Below, in pieces: positions 24,779-38,595 of a DNA stretch of 62,310 bases (the first letter of the stretch is position 1; each line of letters begins with the position of its first letter). This DNA comes from Chiloscyllium plagiosum (lineage: Eukaryota). The notes below the pieces were generated by a model that saw only the letters and a program-made list of their open reading frames with translations, did no database searches and was not told the DNA's origin. Location of the stretch: NCBI RefSeq assembly GCF_004010195.1, contig NC_057719.1:84520239-84582548 (forward strand), given 5' to 3'. Made by a program: the position numbers and the translations under genes.

Positions 24779-26697
24779 AAAAGTTGAAATACATTAAGGA
24801 CAAAAGGTTAACTAGGGAGAGAATAGGGCCCCTCAAAGATCAGCAAGGTGGCCTTTGTGTGGAGCCGCAGGAGATGGGGGAGATTCTAAATTAGTATTTT
24901 GCATCAGTATTTACTTTGAAAAAGGACATGGAAGATATAGAGTGTAGGGAAATAGATGGTGATATCTTGCAAAATGTCCATATTACAGAGGAGGAAATGC
25001 TGGATGTCTTGAAACGCATAAGAGTGGATAAATCCCCATGACCTGATCAGATGTAGCCTAGAACTCTATGGGAAGCTAGGGAAGTGATTGCTGAGATATT
25101 TGTATCATTGGAAATAGATGGTGATATCTTGCAAAATGTCCATATTACAGAGGAGGAAATGCTGGATGTCTTGAAACGCATAAGAGTGGATAAATCCCCA
25201 GGACCTGATCAGGTGTAGCCTAGAACTCTATGGGAAGCTCGGGAAGTGATTGCTGAGATATTTGTATCATTGATAGTCACAGGTGAGGTGCTGGATGACT
25301 GGAGGTTGGCTAACCTGGTGCCACTGTTTAAGAAAGATGGTTAAGACAAGCCAGGGAACTAGGGCAAGTTATTGGAGGGAATCCAGAGGGCCAGAAGTAC
25401 ATGTATTTGGAAAGGTAAGAACTGATAAGGGATAGTCAACATGGCTTTGTGCATGGGAGATCATGTCTCACAAACTTGATTGAGTTTTTTGAAGAAGTAA
25501 TAAAGAGGTTTGATGAGGGCAGAGTGGTAGATATGATCTATATGGACTTCAGTGAGGCGTTCGACAAGGACACAAATATTCTAAAGTCAATTACAGCGCC
25601 TCCTGTGGGAAATAATGATGTTCAGGACTTTCGTAAAAGAACAGAACTGGAAACAGAACTGGCTCAAGGTAGAAGACAGAGTGTGGTGGTGGAGGGTTGT
25701 TTTTCAGACTGGAGGCCTGTGACCAGTAGAGTGCCACAAGGATCGGTGCAGGGTCCACTACTTTTCATTATTTATATAAATTATTTGGACGTGAGCATAA
25801 GCGATATAGTTAGTAAGTTTGCAGATGAGACCAAAATTAGAGGTGTACTGGACAGCAAAGAAGGTTACCTCAGATTACAACGGGATCGTTATCAGATGGG
25901 CCAATGGGCTGAGAAGTGTCAGACAATGGAGTTTAATTTACATAAATGCGAGGTGCTGTCTTTTGGGAAAGCAAATCTTAGCAGGACTTATACACTTAAT
26001 GTTAAGGTCCTAGGGAGTGTTGCTGAACAAAGAGACCTTGGAGTGCAGGTTCATAGCTCCTTGAAAGTGGAGTCGCAGGTAGATAGGATAGTGAAGAAGG
26101 CATTTGGTATGTTTTCCTTTATTGGTCAGAGTATTGGGAACAGGAGTTGGGAGGTCATGTTGCAGCTGTACAGGACATTGGTTAGGCCACTGTTGGAATA
26201 TTACGTGCAATTCTGGTCTCCTTCCTATCGGAAGGATGTTGTGAAACTTGAAAGGGTTCAGACAATATTTATAAGAATGTTGCGAGGGTTGGAGGATTTG
26301 AGCTATAGGGTGTGGTTGAATAGGCTCGCTCTGTTTTTCCTGAGGGGCATTGATAGGATAAATAGACAAAGTCATTTCCCTGGGGTGGGGGAGTCTAGAA
26401 CTAGAGGGCATAGGTTTAGGGTGAGAGGGGAAAGATATAAAAGAGACCTAAGGGGCAACTTTTGCATGCAGAGGGTGGTGGGAGTCTGGAATGAGCTGCC
26501 AGAGGAAATGGTGGAGACTAGAACAATTGCAACATTTGAAAGGCATCTGGATGGGTTTATGAATCGGAAGGTTTTGGAGGGATATGGGCCAAGTGCTGGC
26601 AAATGGGGCTAGATTAGGTTAGGATATCTGGTTGGCATGGACAAGTTGGACTGAAGGGTCTGTTTCCGTGCTGTACATCTCTATGACTCTATGACTC
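24779..26697 (+). mobile_element. 5'-truncated CR1 LINE (RT and 3' end); source of the 387-aa ORF
   Basis: HGRSCLTNLIEFFEE, VPQGSV.GPLLF, FADE (degenerate FADD). (ctatgact)n tail at about 26680-26697. Confidence 0.92.
24949..25272. repeat. 162-bp tandem duplication within CR1
   Basis: 24949-25110 is nearly identical to 25111-25272, with about 3 substitutions. Confidence 0.92.
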
Positions 26698-27460
26698 TAA
26701 ATGCAAGGTGATGCATTTTGGAGGATCAAATTTAGGTGTGAATTCTACTGTAAATGGCAGAACCCTTAGGTACATTAATGTATACTTGGATCTGGGTGTG
26801 CAGGTCCACAGTTTCCTAAAAATGACAACACAGTTGGCCAAGGTGATTAAGGAGGCATATGGCATGCTTGCCATCATCAGCCAGGACATGGGGTAAAAGA
26901 GCTGACAAGCCATATTGCAGCTGTATAAAACTCTTGTTAGACTGCATTTGGTTGCCACATTACCAGAAGGTTGTTGCAGCTTTGGAGACAGTGCAGAGAA
27001 GACGCACCAGGATGTTGCCTGGTCTTGAGGGCATCACCTATGAGGAAAGGTTAAAAAGACTGGGCTTGTTTTCGCTGGAAAGACGGTGGCTGAAAGGAGT
27101 CCTGATTGAGGTCTACAACATTATGAAAGACATAAATAGGGTGGATAGTCAGAGGCCTTTTCCCATGGTTAAAGTTTCAATTACAAAGTGACACAGGTTC
27201 AAAGTGAGTGGGGGAAAGTGTAAGGGATGTTTTTCACACAGAGGGTGGGGGTAGGAGCCTGGAACATACTGCCAGAAGAGGTGGTGGAAGCAGGCATGTT
27301 GGCAACATTTAAGAGGCATCTGGATGGTTACGAGAATAGGGAGGGAATAGAGGGATACGGGCTGAATAAGGGCAGAAGGTTTGTCTTTTAGTCTAGTTAG
27401 GACATGATGATCAGCACAGGCTTGGAGGGCTGAAGGGCCTGTTTCTGTGCTGTATTTCTC
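26698..27460 (+). mobile_element. CR1 3' fragment (second subfamily)
   Basis: CKVMHFG, DLGVQVH, YEERLKRLGLFSLE motifs; gggctgaagggcctgtttctgtgctgta end. Confidence 0.85.
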
Positions 27461-27493
27461 TTTTGATCTTTTGATATTTCTACCTTTTGACTT

Positions 27494-27837
27494 AGAATCA
27501 TAAGATCCCTACAGTGTGGAAATAGGCCCTTTGGCCCAACAAGTCCACACTGACCCTTCAAGAGTAACCCACCCAGACCCATTCCTCGAACCTATTACTC
27601 TAATTTAACCCGAACTAATGCATCTAACCTGCACATCCTTGAACACTATGGGCAATTTAACACAGTCCATTCACATCTTTGGACTGTGGGAGGAAACCAG
27701 AGCACCCAAAGGAAACCTATGCAGACACGGGGAGAATGTGCAAACTCCACACAGACAGTCGCCCGAGGCGGGAATCGAACCCGGGTCCCTGGCGCTGTGA
27801 GGCAGCAGTGCTAATCACTGAGCCACTATGCCACCCC
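27494..27837 (-). mobile_element. HE1-type V-SINE
   Basis: Full head, V-domain and tail on the - strand. Confidence 0.9.
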
Positions 27838-27947
27838 ATTTTGGCCCTACCTTAGCAATTCTGTTGCAGACACTCATTCATGACTTTGAAAGTAAGTGCC
27901 TTTAAGTCAAAATAACTCCTTAACAGTTTCATGTTGTTTCTTTCTAG

Positions 27948-28087
27948 GAGGCCATGGAGCTGCAGAATAAACAGCAATGGTACCAGCAGAACCAGATATT
28001 CATGACCAAGGAAGATGAACAGGCTTACTTGGCCTACTGCTCAGAGGCTATGTTCCGCATCCACATCCTTGAAATGCGCCTCAATAA
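27948..28087 (+). CDS. DRC7: DRC7 penultimate coding exon
   Basis: tttctag| ... |gtaagg. EAMELQNKQQWYQQNQIFMTKEDEQAYLAYCSEAMFRIHILEMRLN(K), cf. human ELQKKQQWYQENQ...YCSQAMFRIRILE.RLN. Confidence 0.95.
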
Positions 28088-28237
28088 GTAAGGCTTCTTA
28101 TTTCACTTAATTTTTGAAACTTTAAAGCTTACTTCCTCCTTCATCTCCCAATAATATTGCTGGGTTCAATTGCATGGTGAGAATAGCTTTCCAGTCTCCA
28201 TCAATGAGGATTAGCAGGTTAGTTGGACACATAATGG

Positions 28238-28590
28238 TGTAAAAACAATGACTGCAGATGCTGGAAACCAAATTCTGGATTAGTGTGCTGAAGAGCACAG
28301 CAGTTCAGGCAGCATCCAATGAGCTTCGAAATCGATGTTTCAGGCAAAAGCCCTTCATCAGGAATAAAGGCAGTGAGCCTGATGGGTGGAGAGATAAGCT
28401 AGAAATCCACATTGATGCCCTGGGGTTGAAGTGTTCCGAGGCGGAAGATGAGGCGTTCTTCCTCCAGGCGTCTGGTGGTGAGGGAGCGGCGGTGAAGGAG
28501 GCCCAGGATCTCCATGTCCTCGGCAGAGTGGGATGGGGAGTTGAAATGTTGGGCCATGGGGCGATGTGGTTGATTGGTGGCCCAACATTT
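28238..28590 (-). mobile_element. Penelope-like element fragment (family A) with GIY-YIG C-terminus and hammerhead motif
   Basis: P.AQHFNSPSHS.EDMEILGL...RRLEEERLIFRLGTLQPQGINVDF. The - strand reads attcctgatgaagggcttttgcctgaaacatc at about 28334-28365. Confidence 0.85.
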
Positions 28591-30009
28591 CAGTTTGCCT
28601 ATTTGCAAGTTCAATTTGCTCTCATAATTTATTGCAATTCTCTTCAGTTTTAACTATCCCTCTCAATTTGGTATTATCACAGATTTAGAAATTTATGTTG
28701 TTTGATTCTAAACTCCAAATTGTAAACATAAATTGTGAACAAGAATGGTCCCATGTCACTCTTGTGGAATGCCATAGAGTCATAGAGAGGTACAGCATGG
28801 AAACAGACACTTACATGCTGATCAGATATCCGGAAATAATTCGTCCCATTTTCCAGCACTTTTCCCATATCCCTCTAAATCCTTCCTATTCATGTATCGA
28901 TCCAGATGTCTTTTAAATGTTGTATTTGTAGCAGCATCTACAGGCAGTTCATTCCATGCACCACCCTCTGCATGAAAAACTTGTCCTTTAGGTCCCTTTT
29001 AAATCTTTCCCCTCTCACCTTTAACCTATGTCATTCAGTTTTGGACTCCCCTATCCTGGAGAAAAGACCTTGACTATTCACCCGATCCATGCCTCTCATA
29101 GAAGTTTATATAGTCATAAGGTCAGCTCTCAGCCTTCGGCACTGCAGGGAAAACTTCTGTCAGTCTCTCCTTATAGCTCAAACTCGCCAACTCTGGCAGC
29201 ATCCTTGTAAATATTTTCTGAACCCTCTCAAGTTTAATAACGTATTTCCCATAGCAGGGAGACCAGAATTGAAGACTGTATTCCAAAAGTGGCCTAACCA
29301 ATGTCCTGTACAGCCACAATATGACCTTCCAACTCCTAAATTCAATGCACTGACCAATAAAGACAAGCATACTAAATGTCTCCTTCACTCCACCGTCTAC
29401 CTGCGACTCTACTTTCAAGGAGCCTGCACTCCATGGTCTTTTTGTTCGGCAACAATCCCCAGATCCTTACCATTAAATGTATAAGTCATGCCTTGATTTG
29501 CCTCACCAAAATGTAGCAGCTCACATTTATCAAAATTAAACTCCATCTGCAACTCCTTTCTCTATCAGCTTGTACTGGGAGGTGACATTATTTGCTGCAC
29601 ACTATACCATCAATTTTAGTGTCACCTGCAAACTTACTAACTATTCATCATATATTCACATCCAAATGGTTTATATAAATGACAAAAAGCAATGGACCCA
29701 GCACCAATCTTTGTGGTACACTGTGGTCACAGGCCTCCAGTCCAGATGGAAACTCTCCACCATCACTCTCTATCATTGAGCCAGTTCTGTAACCAAATGG
29801 CTGGTTTTCCCTGTATTCCATGTGATCTAACTTTGTTAACTAAGTTCACCATGTGGAACCTGTTGAACACCTTACAGATGTGCACATAGATCATGTCCAC
29901 CATTCTACCTTCATCAATCATCTTCATCACTTCTTCAAAAGACTCAATCAAGTTCGTGAGACACGATTTCCCATGCACAAAGCCGTGTTGACTATTTCTA
30001 ATCGGTCAA

Positions 30010-30572
30010 TAAAAACCAAAAGAACTGCATATGCAAATCAGATACAAATACGGAAATTGTTGGAAAAGCTTAGCAGGTCTGGCAGCATCTGTGGAGAGAA
30101 ATCAGAGTTAAAATTACCGGTTGAGTGACCCTTCCTCAGAATCATGAGTTCTCATAGAATCTGTACAGTGTGAAAATAGACCCTTCAGCCCAGCAAGTCT
30201 ACACCAACCCTCCGAAGAGTATCAGACCCAAATCCATTCCCCTACCCTATTACTCTACATTTACCCCTGAATAATACCCCATACCTACTCATCCCTGAAC
30301 ACTATGGGCAATTTAGCATAGCCAATTCATCTAACCTGCAATCTTTGCATTGTGGAAGGAAACCGGAGCACCTGGAGAAAACCCACACAGACATGAGGAA
30401 AATGTGCAAACTCCACACAGTCTCTGGCGCTGTGAGGCAGCAGTGCTAACCACTGAGCTATCGTACCGCCCCCTTCTGAGGAAGGGTCACTCAAGCCGAA
30501 AAGTTAATTTTGTTTTCTCTCCACAGATGGTGCCAGACGTGCTGAGCTTTTCCAGCAACTTCTGTTTTTGTC
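30010..30572. mobile_element. Inverted PLE terminal-repeat pair (family C) with an HE1 SINE at its centre
   Basis: Arms at about 30010-30141 and 30473-30572, each beginning ttctgaggaagggtcactcaa. Confidence 0.8.
30153..30472 (-). mobile_element. HE1-type V-SINE (internally deleted)
   Basis: Head, V-domain and tail on the - strand. Confidence 0.85.
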
Positions 30573-32168
30573 CCAAATTAGCCCTTGCCTTTACAAATAC
30601 ATATACATTCTGTTCTTCAGAATCCCCTTCAAGAACTTGCCCACCACTGAGGTCATGGTCACCAGTCCATAGTTCCCTGTTTTTTTCCTTTCCACCTTTC
30701 TTAATTAATGACACATTGTTAGCCAGTCTCCAGTCTTCCAGCATCTCACCTATTGCTATCACTGATAACAATATTTCAGCAAGGTGCCCAGCAATCACTT
30801 CCCTAGCTTCCCACCAAGTTCTAGTATACACCTGATCAGGTTCAGGTCATTTATCCACTTATATGCTTTTTAAGAAGTCCAGCATTTCCTCCTCTGTAGT
30901 ACTGACATTTTTCGAGGTATCACTATTTATTTCCCCACACTCTCTATCTTCCATATCCTTCTCCACAATAAATACTGAAACAAAATACTTGTTTAGTATT
31001 TCACCCATCTCCTGTGGTTACTGTGACCTTGCTGATCTTTAAGGGGCCCTAGTTAACCTTTTTTTTCTCTTAAATGTATTTGTAAATGCTCTTTGAATTC
31101 TCCCTAACCTCATTTGTAAAAGCTACTTCTTGTCCTCTTATGGCCCTCCTGCTCTCTGTCTTAAATATACTCCTATTACCTTTATATTCTTATAGGGATT
31201 CACTCGATTCCTGCTGTCTATACTTGACATATGCTTCCTTTCTTTCCTTGACCAGAGCCTCAATTTCTCTAGTCATCCAGCATTCCCAAACCTCCCAGTC
31301 TTGCCTTTCACACTCACAGGAATGTACTGACTCTGGACTCTTACTGTCTTATTTTGAAGGCTTCCACTTACTTGCTGTCCCCTTACATGCGAAGATCCGC
31401 ACCCAATCAACTTTTGAAAGTTCTTACCTAATACCATCAAAATTGACCTTCCTCCAATGTAGAATGTTAACTTTTTCCATAAGTATTTTAAAACTAATAG
31501 AATTATGATCATTGGTCCTAAAGTGCTCTCCCACTAATCCCTCAGTCCCATGCCCTACCTGTTTTTCCAAAAAAAGGTTAAGTTTTGCTGATAGGTACTG
31601 AATAAGATAATTTTCTTGTACACACTTAACTAATACTTCTTCATCCAAGCCCTTACCATTATTGCAATCCTAGTTTGTTTAGAAAGTTAAAATCTCCTGC
31701 CATTGCTACCCTGCTATTCTTACAGGGAACCCATCTCCTTACAAGTTTGCTTCTCAGTATTTTGTTTTTGTCGGGGGGGGAGTACAATCCTAATAAGGTC
31801 ATCACCCCTTTCTTATTTCTCAGTTCCATCCAAATAACTTCACTGGACATACTCCCCAGAATATCCTAAATACACCAGTAACACTAATCAAAAATGTCAC
31901 ACCCTCCTCTCTTGCCTCCGCTTTCTATCCTTCCTATAGCATCTATACCCTGGAACATTAAGCGATCAGTCATTTCCATCTCTGAGCCACATCTTTGTAG
32001 TGGCTACGATATCCCAGTTCCATGTAACCAACTGTACCCTGAATTAATTTGCCTTCCCTGTCAGGCCTCTTGCAATAAAAAATGTAGTTTAATTTATCAG
32101 TCCTATCTTGTTGTCTGCTTTACTCCTGCCTGCATTGACTATTTGACTTGCTCCTTTTCCTAACTGCA

Positions 32169-32720
32169 CCATAGAGACATAGAGTCATAGAGACGTACAG
32201 CATGGAAACAGACCCTTCGGTCCAACCTGTCCATGCCGAGTCCTCTAGTTCTGGACTCCGCGACCCCAGGGAAAATACTTTGTCTATTTATCCTATCCAT
32301 GCCCCTCATAATTTTGTAAATCTCTATAAGGTCATCCCTCAGCCTCCGACGCTCCAGGGAAAACAGCCCCAGCCTGTTCAGCCTCTCCCTGTAACTCAAA
32401 TCCTCCAACCCTGGCAACATCCTTGTAAATCTTTTCTGAACCCTGAATCAAGTTTCACAACACCTTTCCGATAGGAAAGAGACCAGAATTGCACGCAATA
32501 TTCCAACAGTGGCCTAACTAATGTCCTGTATAGCTGCAACATGACCTCCCAACTCCTGTACTCAATAATCTGACCGATAAAGGAAAGCATACCAAACGCC
32601 TTCTTCACTATCCTATCTACCTGCGACACCACTTTCAAGGAGCTATGAACCTGCACTCCAAGGTCTCTTTGTTCAGCAACACTCCCTAGGACCTTACCAT
32701 TAAATGTGTAAGTCCTGCCC
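32169..32720 (-). mobile_element. CR1 3' fragment
   Basis: LQLYRTLVRPLLEYCVQFWS, RRRLRDDLIEIYKIMRG, and a (ctatga) tail. Confidence 0.88.
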
Positions 32721-33288
32721 TTTTCTCGCTATCTTTTTGGGTCCCACTCCCCTTATTTAGTTTAAATCCTCCCAAGTAGCTCGAGAAAATCTCCCTACCA
32801 GTATATTAGTCCCCTACCAATTCAGGTGCTACCCATCCTTCTTATACACATCACTTCTACTGTCGAGGAGATTCCAAAGATCCAAAAATGTGTATTCCTC
32901 TTCCCTGCCATGCATTCATCTGCTGTGTACTCTCCTTACTCTCACAAGCACAGGGCAATCCAGATATTATTACCCATGAGGACATACTTTTTAAACATCC
33001 TATATCCTCTCCTCATCCTTTTCTCTTCCTGTCATTCATTCTAATGTGTACAACAACCTGTTGCTGATCATTCTCCCCTTTGATAATATTCTACACCCTC
33101 TCTGAGACATTCTTGACCCTGACACCAGGGTGGCAACACCATTCAGATACCTTGTTGTTGGCTGCAGAAACATTTGTCTCTGCCTCTGACTAAAGAGGCC
33201 CCGATCACAATCAATTGCTTGGATCCTGATGTATCCCATATTACAGTAGATCCAGACTCGGTACCAGATATTTTGCTGTCCTACATTC

Positions 33289-34294
33289 TCTCCTTCTTCA
33301 AAGACTGCCATTTCCCATCCCACGTGTTGATGGTGCCCTCCAGAGCATCCACTTCCGGCAACTCTGCCTTCACACCCCACCCCTCCAACCGCAACAAGAA
33401 CAGAACCCCCCTGGTCCTCATCTTACACCCTACCAACCTCTGTATACATCGCATCATCCTCCGCCCTTTCCGCCACCTACAAATGGACCCCACCATCAGA
33501 GCTATATAGATATATTTCCCTCCTCGTCCCTATCCACTTTCCGTAAAGACTATTCTCTCTGCGACTACCTACCCTCCCCTCCTGGCACCTTCCCCTGCCA
33601 CCACAGGAATTGCAAAACCTGCTCCCACACCTCCTTCCTAACCTCCGTCCAAGACCTCAAAGGAGCCTTCCACATCCATCACAGTTTCACCTGCACTTCC
33701 ACACGTCACTTATTGTGTCCATTGCTCCTGATGCGGTCTCCTGTAGTTGGGGAGACAGGACGCCTCCTCGCAGAATGCTTAAGGGAACATCTCTTGGACA
33801 CCCGCATGAACCAACCCCACTGCCCCATGATGGAGCACTTCAACTCCCCCTCCCACTCCACCGATGACATGCTAGTGCTGGGCATCCTCCATCGCCACTC
33901 CCTACCCACCCGATACCTGGAGGAAGAACATCTCATCTTCCACCTCAGGACCCTCCAACTCTATGGCATCAATGTGGATTTCACCAGTTTCCTCATTTCC
34001 CCTCCCCCCACCTTATCCCAGTTAAGCACCGCCCTCATGACCTGTCTTACCTGTCCATCTTTCTTCCCACCTATCCACTCCACCCTCCCCTCCGACCTAT
34101 CACAATTACCCCCCCACCTCCATCCACCTATTGCACTCTCAGCTACCTTCCCTCCAGCCCCACTCCCCTCCCATTTATCTCTCCACCCCCGAGGCTTCCA
34201 GCTCATTCCTGATGAAGGGTTTTTACCCAAAACGTCAATTTTCTGGCCCCTCGGATGCTGCCTGACCTGTGCTTTTCCAGCAACACAGTGTTGA
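33289..34294 (+). mobile_element. Penelope-like element (Neptune-type) 3' portion, inserted into a CR1 ORF1 remnant
   Basis: PCHHRNCKTC Cys motif; GETGRLLAECLREH; HFNSPSHS; LEEEHLIFHL.TL. Terminal repeat ctgatgaagggtttttacccaaaacgtc at 34209-34236. ctacattc flanks both sides (33281-33288, 34295-34302). Confidence 0.88.
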
Positions 34295-34579
34295 CTACAT
34301 TCCCGGAGAGTCCATCACTCCCTATATTTTCTAAAACAGCATACTTATTTCTCCTGTGGCTATCTGCCTACCATTCCTAGAGGTAGCCCCTCCACTGGAC
34401 GATATCTGCAATTTTTCTACCTTCTTGAAACTGTCATCCATCACACCCCTTAGCTCCTGTAAATTCCTCATTGCCTGTAAATGCTCAAATCTATCCATGT
34501 GATCAGTTAGGATTCGCAACCAAACACACAGTCATAATTATCAGTTATTTTGAAATTCTCTCTAACCTCCCACATCCAA

Positions 34580-35558
34580 AAGGGTCCATTACTATTTGTC
34601 ATTTATATAAATGATTTGGATGTGAACATAGGATGTATAGTTAATAAGTTTGTAGATGACACCAAAATTGGAGGTGTAGTGGACAGCAAAGAAGGTTACC
34701 TCAGATTACAACGGGATCTTGATCAGAGGGGCCAATGGGCTGAGGAGTGGCAGATGGAGTTCAATTTAGATAAATGCAAGGTGGTGCATTTCGGACAAAC
34801 AAATCAGAGCAGGACCTATATACCTAATGGTAAGGTCTAAGGGAGTGTTGCTGAACAAAGAGAGCTTGGAGTGCAGGTTCGTATCTCCGTGAAAATAGAG
34901 TCGCAGGTGGCTAGGATAGTGAAGAAGGCATTTGGTATGCTTTCCTTTATTGGTCAGAGTATTGAATACAGGAGTTGGGAGGTCATGTTGCAGCTGTAGA
35001 GGACGTTAGTTCGGCCGGTTTTGGAATATTGTGTGCAATTCTAGTCTCCTTCCTATCGGAAGCATGTTGTGAAACTTGAAGGGGTTCAGAAAATATTTAC
35101 AAGGATGTTGCCAGGGTTGGAAGATTTAACCGATAGGGAGAGGCAGAATAGGCTGGGGCTGTTTTCCCTCGAGTGTCGGAGGCTGAGAGGTGACATTATA
35201 GAGGTTTATAAAATCATGAGGGGCATGGAAAGGATAAATAGACAAAATCTTTTCCCTTGGGTGGGGGAGTCCAGAACTAGAGGGCATAGGTTTAGGGTGA
35301 GAGGGGAAAGATATAAAAGGGACCTAAGGGCAACCTTTTCACGCAGAGCATGGTGTGTGTGGAATGAGCTGCCAGAGGAAGTGGTACAGGCTGGTACAAT
35401 TGCAACATTTAAAAGGCATCTGGATGGGTAAGGATTTAGAGGGATATAGGCCAAGTGCTGACAAATGGAACTGGATTAGGTTAGGATATCTGGTTGGCAT
35501 GTATGAGTTGGACTGAAGGTTCTGTTTCCGTGCTGTACATCTCTATGACTCTATGACT
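34580..35558 (+). mobile_element. CR1 3' fragment
   Basis: GPLLFVIYINDLD, KFVDDTKIGG, and a (ctatgact) tail. Confidence 0.9.
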
Positions 35559-36909
35559 AACGGCACATCACTCTATTAAAGGCTATCTTTCCCCGCTAAC
35601 AATCTACAGACCCAGAAAATAGCACTGCTCTAAAACACTGCTGCTGGAAACCTATGTTTTATATTTTAAAAAACATTAAATCAAGAGACTGATCTGAATC
35701 AAACATACACAAAGAAATCTACTCACTATTGTAGATTTACAGGAAAAGAGTACGGTTAGATTAAAAAAATACGCTTAGCTCACCCCCTGATGTGAATAGT
35801 TCTCAATACTGAGTCTCTTCAAGGTCAGCTGTTCACTTTATCTTTTTTCTTGACCGAACTCCGATGTCCAGAGATGTTTGTAACTACACAGGTAGTCAGC
35901 TGTGAAAGTTCACTGCCTGGTCAGTCAGCTGTGCAGGTTCACTGCTCCTTTATTTTCACCTTCCACATGGTTCCTGCTCTCTCTCTTTCCTCCAGTTTGA
36001 AAGTACCATTGTTTTGATTTTGCCCCCAAAGTTCCAAAACAATGGCAACAATTTATAAAACTGCTCCAAGAAATTGAGGAAATCAGCCCCAACACTGAAA
36101 AAGGATCACCTCTTCCAGCCACAATTTTCTCCCAACCATCCTCTTGGCTTACCATTTCCCACCTTCTGCCACTCTGGATAATTAACCTGGATTTCCACTC
36201 TGCTTTTTGTCTTAAAACCAGATAACAATCCATTTTGTCACTTTTCCCATGCTTTCATATTCATTTGTTTATTGTGACTTTTCTACGTCCAGGTAAATCA
36301 CATCTACTGCTTGCACTCTCTGTCTACTCTGTTTTTGTAACTACACTTGATACCTCATTGGAAAATACAATAAGATTGGTTAAGCAAGATTTTCCCTTTT
36401 GAATCTATGCTGACTACTTTGGAGTTTCCTTCTCATTTTTTTCTACCATTGATGTTAAGCTGCAGTTTGGAAATGTCTGGACATATGCTGATCCACTTTT
36501 ACATACAGGAATCATGTTAGTTAGGTGAGACTTGATACATCTCCTTTTTTCCGAAGCTTAAAACATGTTCTAATCATTAGAACACATTTCAAGAATCCAT
36601 CGCAATATAATATTTTGAAGCCATGATGTGGAGGAGCCGGTATTGTGCTGGGGTGGACAAAGTTAAAAATCACACAACACCAGTTTATAGTCCAACAGGC
36701 TTATTTGGAAGCACTAGCTTTTGGAGCGCCACTCCTTCAGTCGGTTGTGGAATAGGACCATAAGACACAGAGAGAGTATGTGTGTGAGTGCAAGTGAGAG
36801 TGTGTGTGTGTTTGTGTGTGTGCAAGCATGGTAAAGTATGTGTGTGAGTCTGATGGAGTACAAGTCTGCGAGAGGATGTGTGCATGTGTGGGAGGTGTAC
36901 GTGTGTGAG

Positions 36910-38595
36910 TTGAATTGAATTTATTGTCACATGTACCGAGGCACAGTGAAAAGCTTTAGTCTTGCGAGCAATACAGGCCAATCACATAATTAATAGGATA
37001 GATAGTTAAATAATAGGTAAACAGCGGCAGAAACAAAAACAGAGGTACAGGTGAATATTAAGAGTTTGTGAGACCATTCAGTATTCTAACAACAGTAAGG
37101 TAGAAACTGTTGCGAAACCAGCTGGTGCGTGTGTTCAGGATTCTGTACCTTCTCCCCGATGGTCGAAGTTGTAAAAAAACATTGCCAGGTGGGATGAATC
37201 TTTAAGAATGTTGGCGGCCTTTCCTTGACAGCGGGCCTGGTAGATGGATTCTTTAGATGGGAGGTTGGCCTTTGTGATTGTCCAGGCCGAGTTCACCACT
37301 CTCTGTAACAATCTCCGATCTTGAATGGTACAGTAGCCATACCAGGTAGTTTTACATCCAGACAGAATACTCTCGATGACACACCTACAAAAGTTGGCAA
37401 GAGTATTCGCCGTCATGCTAAATTTCCTCAGCTGCCTGAGGAAGAAGAGATATTGTTGGGCCTTTGTAACCAGTATATCCATATGAAGAGTCCAAGAAAG
37501 CTTGTTGTGGATGACCACTCCCATGGGTATACAGTGAGTACAGTAGGGGGCTGCGTACATACCCCTGGGGTGCTCCAGTGTTGAGTGTTAGTGAGGATGA
37601 AATATTGTCCCTAATCTTCACTGATTGTGGCCTGTGCATCAGGAAACTGAGGATCCGGTTGCAGAGAGTGGGGCTTAGTCCGAGATCACTAAGTTTACTA
37701 ATTAGTCTTGAGGGATAATAGTGTTGAAGGCTGAACTGTAGTCAATGAGTAGGATTCTTGTGTTGCTCTTCTTGGTGTCAAGATGTTCTCGGGAGGAGTG
37801 ATATGGCATCTGACGTGGATCTATTGATCTGATAGGCAAATTAGAGTGGATCAAGAGTAGTGGGGAGGCTGGAGTTGACCAGCCTTTCAAAGCACTTCAT
37901 GGCCACCGAAATTCGGGCCACTGGGCAGTAGTCATTGAGACATGCTGCATGGATCATCTTAGGTACAGGGATGATGTTGGCCCTCTTGAAGCAAGCAGGA
38001 ACAGTGGCCTGCTGCAGGGAGAGGTTGAAGATGTCGGAGAAGACCTCTGTCAGTTGATCTGCGCATGCTGAGTGCACGACCTGGTACTTCATCTAGTCCC
38101 ATCACTTTCCTTGGATTCACATGAAGGTAAACTGATCTGACCTCTGATGCAGTGACTGTTGGGATAGGTTCGTCAGGACTTATCAGAATAGGTGTTTCCT
38201 CTCCACCGAAATTCTACTCAAAGTGAGCATAGAAGGCGTTGAGATGATCTGGGAGGGATATGTCATCATCTGCTATCTTGCACTGTCCCTTTTTAGAACA
38301 TGTGATGTCATTCAGTCCTTGCCATAGTCACCGGGTGTCTGTCTGGGTCTCTAGTTTGGATCGATATTGGTCCTTGGCTGTCTTAATGGCTCTGCGTAGG
38401 TTATATATGGATAGCTTATATTTGAGTGAATCTCCTGATCTGAAGGCCTCACGCCTGGTTTTTAGCAGGTTCTGTATGTCCGTATTCATCCAGGGTTTCC
38501 TGTTGGTGAACATCCGGATTGACTTCCTGGTATGCAGTCCTCCACATACTTGCTGATAAAGTCTGTGATGGTGATGGCATACTCATCCCACGTAC
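36910..38595 (-). mobile_element. Rex1/Babar-clade LINE fragment
   Basis: NRKPWMN, FSDIFNLSL...[39 protein letters not shown]...WYG. 3' tail caataaattcaattcaa. Confidence 0.85.

Larger units (their letters stand above)
28772..32160 (-). mobile_element. Long CR1 LINE (endonuclease through 3' end) interrupted at about 30003-30575
   Basis: IWMELRNKKG, AGDFNF, EDWRLAN, HGKSCLTNLIE, LYRTLVRPLLEY in collinear order on the - strand. Confidence 0.88.

Noticed and set aside
25594..25609. CTCF-like motif (cccacaggaggcgctg on -)
   Set aside because: It has several mismatches to the consensus and cannot be supported without a PWM score or ChIP data.
25449..26612. 387-aa RT-like ORF as a functional or domesticated gene
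   Set aside because: The catalytic FADD is altered to FADE, it contains a foreign replacement and an internal deletion, upstream sequence has stops, and it lies within an ordinary truncated CR1.
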